Shown piece by piece: positions 12,201 to 24,284 of a stretch of 64,000 nt of DNA. The notes under the pieces are model-generated. The model was not told the DNA's origin and searched no databases. It was given only the letters and a program-made list of their open reading frames with translations. The stretch comes from Selaginella moellendorffii (Eukaryota > Plantae > Lycopodiophyta): assembly GCF_000143415.4 (NCBI RefSeq), contig NW_003314312.1, positions 377,261 to 441,260 of the forward strand, in the 5' to 3' direction. Position 1 is the first letter of the stretch; each line of letters opens with the position of its first letter. A program made the translations under genes and the position numbers.

Positions 12201-12442
12201 GAAGTTTGAGCACGATTTGTCCAAGAGCCAGAAACTCTTGGGGTAAGCAAGCACGCTTTCCTGATCGATCAACCTGGTATCTTGGTGTTTGCAGGGAAAC
12301 CAAAAGGCATTATCGTGCACTCTCGATTGCTCAGAAAGAGATTGAGGAGTACAGAAAGACGGCTGCGTTGGATGCCAACGATCAGCTCGCAGTGGCTGAA
12401 GCAGCGGCACGAAGCGACCTTAACAAACTCTATCATTCGTAA
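9291..12442 (+). CDS. MutS2: MutS2-like ATPase, probably plastid-targeted, many short introns, no Smr domain seen
   Basis: Transit-peptide-like N-terminus; exons [19 protein letters not shown] (Walker A), [61 protein letters not shown]. Confidence 0.9.
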
Positions 12443-12525
12443 CGCTCCCTGGAAAAGGAATTCCAAGCGAAGAACACTTCCTATTATCCTTGTTTAGACT
12501 AATCTAATTCTAATTGTCAAAGCAA

Positions 12526-12599
12526 GGGGATGTAGCTCAAATGGTAGAGCGATGTACGACGATCGGCATAGGTAGGAGGATCGATACCTCCCATCTCCA
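12526..12599 (+). ncRNA. Solitary tRNA-Ala-like RNA gene of the same family
   Basis: 74-nt cloverleaf with G3:U70, anticodon arm ATGTACGACGATCGGCAT, similar leader ending CAA, T8 terminator at ~12604-12611. Confidence 0.7.
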
Positions 12600-12747
12600 A
12601 ATGTTTTTTTTAGTGCCTACCATCCATATATAACAGATTTCTCCATTACTATCTCAAAAAAAGAAGGAAAAAACTATTTAACTCAAAGAAAGAAGAAAAA
12701 AAAACTAGGCTTTATCAAGAGTGATCGAATGAACGAACGAAGGAATA

Positions 12748-13494
12748 TCAATAGCTCCAAGTTTTCTCCATCATCAGCTTTGGCGGCTTGGAGCTCTCTC
12801 TCGCGAGTGGAATGTCCGCATAGATCTTGAAAGGCCCAGTTCCATCCTTGCTCGCTCTCGACCAGTCCACCACAATGCTCTTGTCCAGCCCCTTGTACGT
12901 CGCCTTGATGCTATCCTCCTTGCTCACCTTCCTCGACACTCCAAAATCCCACGTCTTGGTTCCCAGGTGGAATGCCGGCTCCAAGCAAGCCCCAGATCGA
13001 TCGTGCACGAACGAGTACCTCGCTCTCCCCGCCTGGGACGCGAAATCGTAGCTCAGGCCGAGCTTGTTCTTGGGATCCAGCGTGAGCGCCGCCTCGACCG
13101 CGGTGGAGGATGGATCGCTCTGGTGGTGGGTGTAGCAGAGATTGAGCGTCCTGGAGCCCATGACATTGGCGGTGCTGGAGAAGTGGAACTTTGGGGAGCG
13201 CGAGCCCAGATCGTAGTCGAAGAGGAAGGAGCCGGGCTTCTCGACGCCGAGGGAGAGGCCGTCCAGGGATGGGCCGCTGGCGAAGGTGTCGTCGGTGCAA
13301 GAGGCGCGGAGGAGCAAATCGCCCGCCTCGACCGTGAGGACGCCCACCGCGGACCTGGATGCCGCATCGATTCGCGTCTTGAAACACGCCCGTGGGAAGC
13401 GAATGCCGCCGCCGCCGCCATCGCTGGTGTCGGTGCCGCTGCTCGCGGCCTTTCCCCACGCCATTCTCTCGCTCCCTAAAACCCTAGAGCGCAT
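12748..13494 (-). CDS. OEP24: Chloroplast outer envelope pore protein 24
   Basis: Intronless ORF with AGDLLLRASCTD..GPSLDGLSLGVEKPGSFLFDYD and C-terminal PKLMMEKTWSY; the start could be ATG 13464. Confidence 0.88.
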   Translation of the reverse strand: MRSRVLGSERMAWGKAASSGTDTSDGGGGGIRFPRACFKTRIDAASRSAVGVLTVEAGDLLLRASCTDDTFASGPSLDGLSLGVEKPGSFLFDYDLGSRSPKFHFSSTANVMGSRTLNLCYTHHQSDPSSTAVEAALTLDPKNKLGLSYDFASQAGRARYSFVHDRSGACLEPAFHLGTKTWDFGVSRKVSKEDSIKATYKGLDKSIVVDWSRASKDGTGPFKIYADIPLARESSKPPKLMMEKTWSY

Positions 13495-15713
13495 GCCTAG
13501 GGTTTAAACATTCATTCGTAACGAATATCCGATTGGTTTGCTGAATATTCTCAGAATATTAGTTTTATGTCTCAAATTCAAAAAACTTCCAATATGGGAC
13601 ACTGGATTTCCTCCTGGATTTCTCCGGCCAAGTTCGCCATCCTCCCCGTCCTCCCACTAGGGTTTCCTCCTGGCTCAACGCTTGGAGCAAGCATTGAGAA
13701 AGAGGGAGAGAGAAATTTTCTCCCTCTTCACATCCTCCACAAGCACTATTTAGTCCCATCATAAATCTCTTTAGAGAGATCTCCTTGGCAGGGTTATCAG
13801 GGAGAAATGTGAGCTAATAATTTACTAATGTAATTGATTGATACAACCATGAAACATGAGAAGGATTACAAGGACGTGATTGCTAATTTGGACCTTAACC
13901 AGGTAATTACTACTGAGGGATTAAGGAAGAAAAAAGAGATAAAGCAGAATTGTAAGGCTTTTGAAAAGCCTTTGATAGCCTTTATAGTAGTTTGTTCAGT
14001 TGGACAAACTTTTCTATAAGTAGTCACTTTTAAATGATCTCTTCTCTTCAAGCTTTGAATTTTAAAAATTAAAATAGATCTAAAACACAATAGAAACTCC
14101 AAGCTTTATAGCTATTGGCAAATGATGTATGTATAAATTAAGAGCAAGCATAAAGTATTTAAGAAACTTCATAAGGATGGATAATTATTTAAACTTGTAC
14201 AACCAATATTACATTAAGATCAAAGAGTTAGTTGATATTACTTCTTTGTGAAGCAATATAACTTTTAAATGTAGTCTATGTTAAATAACAAAAAACAATT
14301 TACTTGTTGTAGTATGTAAATTAATTAAATAAAAATTAAATTTTTAGCTGATTTTATATTTTCTTTTGTTACCATATGATATAACATTTTATTTAATATA
14401 TATCTCACCATTTTCAGAGCTAATTTTAATTAAGGATAAAAAATAGAATAATACATCTTTTTAATTTATCTCACAATTGCCATAAAAAAAATAGTAGTGC
14501 CATAACATATATTTTTATTGTTCTTCAAACCATTTTAAAAATTTCTATGTATTTTAATGAGTGAACTCAGGATTTAAAGTTACAGTTAATTGTCAACTAA
14601 GATTATTGTTTTTATTTTTTGGTAAGTAATGTAGGAGATGAGGCTTTTATGACAATCCAAAAGGAGGAACTAGCATTTAAATATTGGGAATACGGATATT
14701 GGGATGCAAAATTCACATAGTAAACCCTATTAGTCACTATTTTTTTAATGACATTTAGTTCTTTATAAACTTTATCTGTAACAGTATTTTTCTCAAATAA
14801 TAAAAAATTATTTAGTTTGTCATATAAATATTTTTATCAATTTATTGGACATATAATTGTATTATTTTTCTTTAACACTTGGTCACTAAAGTGAAATATT
14901 GGTCATAAACATTAAAAATATAAATAATAACATAATTATTTGAAATATATATTGCAGTTTAATTTTAATCAATCCTCTTTTAAATTTTTTATTATAGTAT
15001 ATTTATATCTTATATATACACAACTTAAAATAATAAATAAAAAAATGATCATTTAAATTATAAAAGTGATTAAAAATAAATAAATAATATTATATAAAAT
15101 ATAATGCAATTAATTTATATTTAAATTGATTTTCTAGAGAGATATAATCAACTTTTAAGTTATTAAGTTTTTAATTTATTAAAAGGCAATAGAATATATC
15201 CCACTTAGAATAAATTTCAAAGTAGTTATTTTAATATTGTGTTTTTTATTTTAAAAATGAAAACTTCAAGATAATAACTTCTAAATAAGTACAGTTTAAA
15301 ATTTTAAATAGATTTAATTATAGTTAATTAAATTATTGAGAACTTATTTAATCTAGTTTTGAACGAAAGAGTGTAAATTACATGGTATTTTAAAATAGTA
15401 GAATAAATTTTATTGCATGTATCCAAAATGCTATTTCATAATTAATATGGTTATAAATATTTCAACATTCAATTTTAGTGTCTAAAACTTTAACCGAACC
15501 AAGTTATCATTTTTAAAATAATGGTAAAGATAAATGGTATGACATAAGTTTTTCATAAATATTTTAAAAGTTTTTTTTATCTTTGCTAAATTAAAATACA
15601 AATAAATAATATATATATATCTAATTTTTAGAAAAAAAACATAATTTAGATGTTTTATTAAATTATATTACACTGTGAGTGCTCAAAATATAAGAATAGG
15701 TATATTATTTACG

Positions 15714-15737
15714 GTATGTATGTATGTATGTATGTAT

Positions 15738-15788
<51 letters not shown>
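15714..15788. repeat. Compound microsatellite (GTAT)n(TA)n
   Basis: Read directly from the sequence. Confidence 0.95.
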
Positions 15789-15791
<3 letters not shown>

Positions 15792-17974
15792 TTACAAACT
15801 TTACACCATCCTCCCCTCCAGAAGATGAAAAAAGTGATAGCAATAAGTCAGATGGAATATTTAGAGCTTCTACTAGGTGATTATAAATTACCATAAGAAT
15901 TTAAAACTCCCACAAAACCACCAACAAAGTTTTTCACAATCATAATTGAAATAAAACCCAAAACTATAGAACTTTAAAGTCATAATTTTGAATGAAAGCA
16001 AAGGATTTTAAAAACCATTGTAATTCATGAAATATCATTGTAATAAATGATACATCCTATTTTTAAATCTTCCTACTAATAATCTTCCAAGACCATTGTT
16101 AACTCAAACTCATGACCATAAGTAAAAATTTGCCTCTTTATCTTTATCTAACACTATATATAAAAAGTTGAACTTACACCACTTGTTTGCCATATCTTCT
16201 TTATCCCCTCTTTGAAGGAATTTTTTTTTTAAGCATTAGTTTCATTCGATCTTATTATGCTCATTCTTATTTTGTTATCTATGTTTGGCCTTACTTCATT
16301 ATCACACTTGTTTAGCCTCATTACGTTAGGGTTAAATGTTCCATTTGAACTTGTTATATTTGCCCTCATCCCATAATCCATATCTTTCACATTTGCTCCA
16401 CTATTGTATTTATTCATCTTTACTCCATCATCAAGCCAGACACCCATCTGCCCCCTCTACCCCCTCTGAAAAAAATATTTTTTGAAGCATCAGGGCAAAG
16501 AGGAGAAAGTGAAAAAAATTGAGAAAGAAATAGTGTGGAAGAAGAAAAAGTGGACAAAAAAGCATTGGATAAAGAATTTACAACAATTGGCAATGCAAAA
16601 ATAAAGAAATCAAAGAAGAATATATGCTCAAAGTTTAGAAAATAAAGGACTTTTTATCATAAAATATTTTGGTTACCACAATATAAGCAAAAGATTCACA
16701 TTGCTTAACCTTTTCAACACATAACTTAACATTTGAGACAAGAAAATTAATAATAACATTCACACTCTCAAGGGAATACATAAACTCCTCAACATCAATG
16801 GTAAAATAAGAGCTCTTAACAGCACAAAGAAATGAAGACACACACTCAACCCAAAACTTTAGCTAAAATGACTTAACCCTTGGAATAAAAAAATACTCAA
16901 CACCAAAACTGATCAAAGACTTTGCCAACAAAATAAAAATAAGAATCTCACCTTTATGCACATATTCAACATTTTGGCTAAGAAATAAAAGAATGTTAAA
17001 AAAAAATAGAAGGTAAAAATAAAAGATCAAATGGCAAATTGAAGGATTGATACCTACCTTGTGAAATCTCCATTTCATCTCCAAAGCTATTTCCATAATA
17101 ATTAAACTCATTAAAATGATCTAAAATCCACTTAAGCTCATACACATCATTTTCCTATAAACTTGATTCTTCAACATTCTCCAAGAACAAAATTGCATCA
17201 TCCATAACTCACCAATTGATATCACAATCATGAGAGATAGCATAACACCAAGAATAGGACAAGGCATATAATCATGTCCCATAGAAGTTGGAAATGGTAA
17301 CATATAAAGGATGAGTGCAATATTAACATGATCACACATCACAACACCAAAAGTTTGATCTAATAGAGTAACATTAGCAATCTTAAATGACATACTTCTT
17401 AATTGATGACAACATAGTATGGTAGGAAAAAAGAATGCAATGAAAATTAGAAGAAAGAGTAAATCTAAATATAGCGATAACTAGAGTTTTAGATCTTGCA
17501 AAAAATTAATACAAATCTAGATTTAAAAGAGAATTAAGAAATAAGAACAAAAAACACAATATAGAACACTAAAGAAAAATATTATTAAAAAAACTTTGCT
17601 CTTTAAGGACAAATTACAATGCCTTTTATTTAAATGATATAAGAATAAATATATTAATTAGGGTTTAAACCACTGTTTATATACAAGAATGGATGGATTA
17701 GATTCAATCCAAAATACGGTCCACTATAATTAACATATTACTTATCTAATGTAACATACGTATTTACAAACCTTATAACATAATGGATCTAGAGGGAGAA
17801 CCAAAGTTTGGTAGACCCTAAAAGAAAGACCATGGTGGCTTAAGTGTGATCGCAGATAATCATTCTTTGACGAGGGGAGGATTGTTAAGCATAAGGTCAG
17901 AACACTTTATTTTAATTTAATTTGAATTTAGTAGCCAGTAAGAATTTTCTTTACTGGAAGGTGACATACAATTC

Positions 17975-20329
17975 CTAAGCTTTTGCTTCCAGAGTTTTGG
18001 GCCTGGCAGACATTGCGAAGAACTCCGTGATTACTTCCAGAGGCATGCCTTTGGTCTCTGGAACTTTCAACAGCGTGAAGAACCACGCCACCGAAACAAG
18101 CACCGCAAAGCAGCCAAAGATCCCCGCCACTCCCAGCTCCAGCAGCAGCATTGGGAAGAGGTTCGTGAGCAAAATGCTGCAGCTCCACATGGTCACCTGG
18201 CAGATCCCAATGCACACTCCACGAACTCGCGTTGGGAAAATCTCCGAGGCCAGGATGTTTGGAATGGGACCAAAGCCCATGACGAAGGTGCACACGTAGA
18301 GCACAACTCCCATGAATGAGATGGTCGATTGGACGACTCCTTTTCGTATGGAATTGGAGATAATCAGCATCACTAGCGAGAGTAGCAGCAATGGAAGTGT
18401 CGTGAGCAACAATCGCCTGGAAAAAGGAGAAAGAAATCGTTTATATGAATGTAATTTGCAAGCTTTTGCCTTACCTTCTTCCCGTTCGATCCATAAGTCG
18501 CATGGCCACCACGATCGCAGGCAGCATCAAGAGACACGCTAGTCCACTTCCAAGTATCGAGGCTGAGTCTGGGTTTAATCCCGCGTTTGCTAGGATTTGA
18601 GCAGCACCGCACCGCTGGAGGATCTGTGGAACGTAGTACAGAACAGCATTGATTCCGCTAAGCTGAAAAGACAGACAGCGTGAATGAGGAAACACTAGGA
18701 AGAAACAAACTTTTTAAGTACCTGTTGGAGGACTTGTAAAACTACTGCCACCATAAGAGCACGATGAACTCCACCTTCGAGTAGATCCGACCAAGCAGGG
18801 CCTTGTAGAGCTGTTTCGATGGGATGGATCATAGCTGGACCAACGGCAGACTTTGAGAGCAGACTTCCACAAGATTGTGCTGGCTGGCCAACAAGAGCCG
18901 CGGCCTGAATCGCTTCGCCACCACCCGGGAGCGAGTTTGCCAATTTCTCGGGACTATCTTGCAGCAAAAAAACTCTTTTGAAGGTGACCACATTGTCTTT
19001 GGTGCTTCCCTGTTGTTGTTCTTGCCACTGCCACCCCAGTTGCCAGCCACCGCCGATTCCAACGCTAGGAACCAAAGACTCGCCACCGGTATAACTCCCG
19101 TAGAAACTTCGAGTTTCCTGTAAAAGGCACCTTCCACTCTGTCCAAGTTCGTCTTCAACAGACTTCCTTCTGATGAATGGTGTTTTCAGGATCTCGTCGT
19201 CAAATTCTGCAAGGGAACGGGAACTCGTCTGATCATCCTCAGGCTTCTCGTCGTCAAAATCACCACCTTCGCTGCGTGTGTCTGATGCTTGCGAGATGTC
19301 GTGTGTGGACTGGAGGCTTCCAATTATTGTCACCACCGGATCAACCAACTGGAGTTTGCTGGGTTCTGCAGTTGTGTGCCTAGAGAGCGATTCGGCAGGC
19401 TTGCTTATAGCGAGCCATGAGATGCCTGATTCTGGAGCGCTCAGAACCGAGCTCTTTCTCGAGTAAGTGGTCTCGCTGGCTGGCTCCAGCACCCATTCCT
19501 GCAGTGAAGTATCTGCTCCAACGCCGAGTCCTTCGACGAGAAGTGCAAGCTCGGCTGCATCAAACTTTAGCTCGTAAAATTCCAAAGAAAAGAAAAACCA
19601 AGACAGAAACTTACGAGCAACATCGTTCTTGTTCCTGAGTTTCTGTAGAATGCCCCTTGCTTTCAGCATCTTTCCCTTGCTAACAAGCCATCTCGGAGAC
19701 TCTGGCAGATAGGAAACTCCCAGAAGTAGAAATAGCACTGAGGGCAGGAGCAGAAGGCCCAGCATGAGCCTCCAATTCGGCGTGTCCATCAGCGAGAGGC
19801 AGAAGCAATAGATATACGAAAGAAGAAGACCTCCGGAACCCGTGAACTGCGGATACGTCAAAAGCTGGCCTCGGATCTCCGCTGGAGAAAGCTCTGCTAT
19901 GTAGATTGGAGTTATAGTCACCGAGATTCCACTCCCAGCACCAACGAGCAGCCTTGCCAGAACAAGCACCGCAACGTTGGGTGACCATATCGTCACGCAA
20001 GAACCGAGAATGTAGAGAGCTGCCGACACGAGCAGGATTGAGCGTCTACCCAGCCAATCCGCACCAGGTCCGGAGCAGAGTGTACTCAGGAAAGCACCAA
20101 TAAGAGAAGAAGCAGCCACAGTTCCTTCTAGTCCCGGACTTTCTTCCAAGTCGAAGGCTGGTTTTATGAATAGCAAAGAACCTTTAAAAGGAAAGAAAAA
20201 AAAAAAACAAGATTTTTCAGTTCCAATATAGAGCAGCACAAGAGCTTTACCTGCGATGGCACCATTATCCCAACCTTGGAGAAAATTTCCAATGGAAGCA
20301 GCTGCCGCGATGAAGATTGGTGGCTGCAT
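17975..20329 (-). CDS. TST: Tonoplast monosaccharide/sugar transporter (TMT/TST family, MFS), multi-exon
   Basis: IGNFLQGWDNGAIAG, ADWLGRR, LPESPRWL, long central loop with GIGGGWQL.W, LQQ|LSGINAVLYY, EIFPTRVRG, VPETKGMPLE. Confidence 0.92.
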
Positions 20330-20587
20330 CGCAATCCCAAATTTGTGAGAGCTGACTACAGCATACCTCTGAAAGAATCTCACAATTATCCAGACTTCTC
20401 TCGAGGCATGTCACAAATGACAAGCCTGCAAAGGTGTCAAAGTCTGCTTTGTCTACGTAGCTCGATGTAGTCACGACAATGTCATACGTGTAAGGCCAGT
20501 ATTTGCTGCACCTGAGCCGTTGGATTGATCATCGATGTTAGCCATTTAAGTAAAACAAGAAAAAGAAGACAAACCTGGAGATCTTTC

Positions 20588-23500
20588 TCACTCGGAACTT
20601 CCGAAAGTGTTGGCCACCAGCACATAATTCTCAGCTCCTCGATGATCCAATGCAGCTATCTTCTCAACAGCAATCCTTGCAACCTCTTCGTTCCTCCATT
20701 TAGAGCAGCCACTTAAGATGGTCTTCCAAAAGACCACATTTGGCTCCAAGCCAATCTCCTCCGCCATAGCCACAGCTTCCTCGAGCTGGTTTGCACGACC
20801 AAGAACATCGACCAGGCAGGCGTAGTGCTCGGCATCCGGAACTATACCGTGATCAGAACACATCACTCGAAAGCACTCCTTGGCCTCGTTAACTTGTCCA
20901 CCATGGCTCAGCGCTGAGAGAACATGTTGAAAAATCACTCTGTCCGGTGCCACCCGTTGATCGATCTGCATTCTCTCGAAAAGATCCAACACCTTTTTCC
21001 CGTCACCTTGGTTGCTGTAGCCTGCGATGAGGGAGCTCCAAGCAACCAAGTCCTGCTTAACCGAATCGAAAACCTGTTGAGCCTCGACCATGCTTCCACA
21101 CCGGCCGTAAAACCAGACCAGAGAAGCCGCGACGCCTGGACATGACTCCAATCCCGCTGCTCGCGTCTGATGATGAATCTCTCGTCCTGCTTCCAAAACT
21201 CCCAAGTTTCCACAAGCCTTGAATGCTTCGACAAATGTGGCAGCGTCTGGCCTGGATCCTTGATCTTGCATTTGGGCGAAAAGCTGCAGAGCTCGCTCGC
21301 TCTTGCCGTGCTGGACGTAGCCTCTGATGATGGAGTTCCACGCCAAAACGCTGCGTTGAGGCATTTTCCCAAAGACTTGCTCGGCTCCTCGCAAGTTCCC
21401 CAGCTTGGCATAAGCATCGACGAGGCTGCTGGCCACGAACACCTCCGACTCGTACCCGCTGAGGATGATCTCAGAGTGGAGGGCAGCAACCTTCCGTGAC
21501 GTAATTTCTTCGTCAACTTCCACCATTGGAATCGCAAGGCTGGAGCAAGCTTTGAGTGCAGCGATGTAAGCCCGAGCATTCGGCTCTAGTCCTTCGTCTT
21601 GCATGCGTCGGAAATAATCCAGAGCAACCTCTCCTCGTTGGTTCAAAGCATGCCCGAATATAAGTGCTGTCCACGACACAACGTTGTGTTCCGTCATCCT
21701 GTCGAAAACTACTTGTCCCTGGTCCATGCTCCCACATTTGGAGTACATGTCTACCAACGCGCTTCCGACGAACACATCTGCTTCTTCTTGTCCGCTTCTT
21801 GCAAGCAAGGAATGGATGGATCTTCCCTTGAGTAGAAGAAACTCGTCGTCGGTCTGTTTCCCGACCTCTCGCTTGGCCAGGCTCGAGCAAGCGCTCAAAG
21901 CCGCAACGTAAGTTCGAGCATTTGGTTCGAATCCATCCCCGAGCATTTTTGCGAACATCTTTAGTGCCAGATCGCCATGACCATCCTGTGAGTAGCCCCT
22001 GATCATCGAGTTCCATAAGACCACGTCTTTGCTGGCCATTCTGTCGAAGACGTCTCGTGCCTCGGGCATGCTGCCGCACTTCGAGTACAAGTCTACCAGA
22101 GAGCTCGCCACGAAACTATCCGTCTCGAATCCAGTTTTTCTAAGTTGCTGATGAATGGTCATGGCTTTTGTCAAGCACAGCATTGTCGCCGTCTGCTGCT
22201 GGTCCTCAGGTTCCACTTCTGATCTTGTTACCAATCCAGTGCAAGCACCGAGAACTGCAACGTAAGTCCGAGCGTTTGGTTCCACGCTCCCGTCGTGCAT
22301 GCGGTGAAAAAGCTCCAGATTTAGCTCGTGCTTTCCGCACTGAGTTGCAGCAGAGATTATAGCGTTCCAGAGCACAACATCAGGACGGTTCACCGCGTTG
22401 AAAACCTGCTGTGCGTCCACCATGCTGCCCAGCTTCGCGAACAGATCCACCAGAGTGCTTGCAACGAACAAGTCCGTCTCGTGTCCAGCCTGTTTGAGCT
22501 GAGAGTAGATTTTCCGACTTCTGTCCAGCAAAACGATCTTCTCTTTGGCGCCGTCGGCGCATCTACTGCAGGCCTTTAATGCAGCGACGAAAGTCCGAGC
22601 GTCCGGGACCAAGCCTTTCTCTTGCATCCTCTCAAAAAACTGGAGACTGATCTCGCCTTGGTCACAGTGAGTATAGCCCGTGATCATAGACGTCCACGAA
22701 ACTACACTGGTCTCTGCCATCTTGTCAAAGACCTCCCGTGCAAGCTCCATACTCCCACACTTCACGTAGAAATCAATAAGAGAGTTCGCGACTATAAGCT
22801 GCGACAGAAGCCCGTCTCTGCCAAGCTGAGAGCGTAACGCACAACCTTTCCTCAGAGAAACCACTTTGACAACTGTGCCGTCAACTAGAGTTCCCTTCTC
22901 CCGGACTGCCAAGCTCGAGCAGGCAAGAACAGCAGCTACGTAGGTCCGAGCACTTGGCTTGAATCCTTGCTCTTGCATTTTCTCGAACAATTCCAGAGCT
23001 AGCTCCCCCTCCCCAAACCGTGCATGGCCGGAGATGATAGAATTCCACGAAACAGCGTCGCGGCTCTCCATCTTGCTAAAGACGTGACGAGCTTCCACCA
23101 AGTTCCCCAGCTTGGCATAGAGATCCACCAGCGAGCTTCCCACAAAGACGTCCGACTCGTGGCCAGCCTTTAAGATCTGAGCGTGTAGTGCCTTCGTTTT
23201 CTCCAAGAGATCACCACCGTTCTCATCCTGGGGTTTTCGTCTAGAGACCAAGCTGGAGCAAGCCTTCAATGCAGCGACATAGCTCCGAGCATCAGCAACA
23301 ACGCCCTGCTCCTGCATTTGCGAAAAGAGCTTCCAAGCCACCTCCGGATCGCCGCTGTCGACACTCCCAAGGATCATAGAAGTCCACGAGACGACATTCC
23401 TGTGAGGCATTTCCTGGAAGAGCTGCCAAGCCTCCCCAACCCCACCGCACTTGAAATACATGTCGATCAAAATGTTCTCCAGCAAGATCGATCGAGAAAG

Positions 23501-23707
23501 CGCCGAGCTCTGCCGAAGATCGCAGTGAATCCTCCTCCCGCTCCCAATGTCTCTCGATCTGGCGCAATATTTCAGCGCCGCGACAGTGGCTGCCATGCCC
23601 GGCGCCTGGCTGCTGCGCCGCTGAGAATCGTATTCTTGCAGCGCATTGCCGCTCCACTCGTGGATCTTGCTTACCGCTGCTCGTCCCTCGCGAGCGCGCC
23701 ATCGCAT
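20588..23707 (-). CDS. PLS-class PPR protein with E-like tail, no DYW
   Basis: 1039-aa intronless ORF of P-L-S triplets; HYACLVDVLGRA and ENYVLVAN at the C-terminus. Confidence 0.92.
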   Translation of the reverse strand: MRWRAREGRAAVSKIHEWSGNALQEYDSQRRSSQAPGMAATVAALKYCARSRDIGSGRRIHCDLRQSSALSRSILLENILIDMYFKCGGVGEAWQLFQEMPHRNVVSWTSMILGSVDSGDPEVAWKLFSQMQEQGVVADARSYVAALKACSSLVSRRKPQDENGGDLLEKTKALHAQILKAGHESDVFVGSSLVDLYAKLGNLVEARHVFSKMESRDAVSWNSIISGHARFGEGELALELFEKMQEQGFKPSARTYVAAVLACSSLAVREKGTLVDGTVVKVVSLRKGCALRSQLGRDGLLSQLIVANSLIDFYVKCGSMELAREVFDKMAETSVVSWTSMITGYTHCDQGEISLQFFERMQEKGLVPDARTFVAALKACSRCADGAKEKIVLLDRSRKIYSQLKQAGHETDLFVASTLVDLFAKLGSMVDAQQVFNAVNRPDVVLWNAIISAATQCGKHELNLELFHRMHDGSVEPNARTYVAVLGACTGLVTRSEVEPEDQQQTATMLCLTKAMTIHQQLRKTGFETDSFVASSLVDLYSKCGSMPEARDVFDRMASKDVVLWNSMIRGYSQDGHGDLALKMFAKMLGDGFEPNARTYVAALSACSSLAKREVGKQTDDEFLLLKGRSIHSLLARSGQEEADVFVGSALVDMYSKCGSMDQGQVVFDRMTEHNVVSWTALIFGHALNQRGEVALDYFRRMQDEGLEPNARAYIAALKACSSLAIPMVEVDEEITSRKVAALHSEIILSGYESEVFVASSLVDAYAKLGNLRGAEQVFGKMPQRSVLAWNSIIRGYVQHGKSERALQLFAQMQDQGSRPDAATFVEAFKACGNLGVLEAGREIHHQTRAAGLESCPGVAASLVWFYGRCGSMVEAQQVFDSVKQDLVAWSSLIAGYSNQGDGKKVLDLFERMQIDQRVAPDRVIFQHVLSALSHGGQVNEAKECFRVMCSDHGIVPDAEHYACLVDVLGRANQLEEAVAMAEEIGLEPNVVFWKTILSGCSKWRNEEVARIAVEKIAALDHRGAENYVLVANTFGSSE

Positions 23708-23863
23708 TCACCCGCCCTAAAATATGTGTCCAATGCCCAGGAATTTCTTTCTTAAAGCATCTTAAGTAAATACTAGTAACCTTGGACTAAAGAGCTGCAA
23801 TGTAGTATTACATGGAAGATTTTTCTCTTTTATTTGGCAATTTTATTTGAGCTATGGAGCTCT

Positions 23864-24175
23864 TTAGCACTGGATGAAGAAGCTGTTCCATCCAAAGCCC
23901 GAGCAGTCCTGTACAGAGCGACTAAACCGTGTGTGTGCTACACCTCGGCAGTTTGCCGTGTTGTAGGCCGCAGCAGTCTGGCCCTGGTACACAAAGCTGT
24001 AGCCGCCATGCTGCGAGGCTCTAACATTGGTGCATCCACAAGCACTGTAGCGCTCCAGCACATTGTTACACCCAGGCCCTGCCCAAGCATCGAAGAAGCT
24101 TGCATTGGCTGTTATCATCGATCCCACAACAGCGATCGCGACAAGAACGAGCACCATTTTTCCTGCCATTGTCAC
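23864..24175 (-). CDS. MiAMP1-family antimicrobial peptide precursor
   Basis: Signal peptide + SFFDAWAGPGCNN..RYSACGC..HGGYSFVYQGQTAAAYNTANCRGVAHTRF..CSGFGWNSFFIQC (6 Cys). Confidence 0.92.
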   Translation of the reverse strand: MTMAGKMVLVLVAIAVVGSMITANASFFDAWAGPGCNNVLERYSACGCTNVRASQHGGYSFVYQGQTAAAYNTANCRGVAHTRFSRSVQDCSGFGWNSFFIQC

Positions 24176-24284
24176 ACAAACACAAAGCTATGTTATGATC
24201 GTCAATCAAATGAAAACTCTTTCAAGGAAATATAATGAACGTCTAAGAGCAGACAACAGTGAGTCAGCTCTTGCATGCATGCCA

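Noticed and set aside
13560-17700. Genes in the AT-rich block
   Set aside because: Only short low-complexity ORFs; probably old TE relics that I cannot classify.
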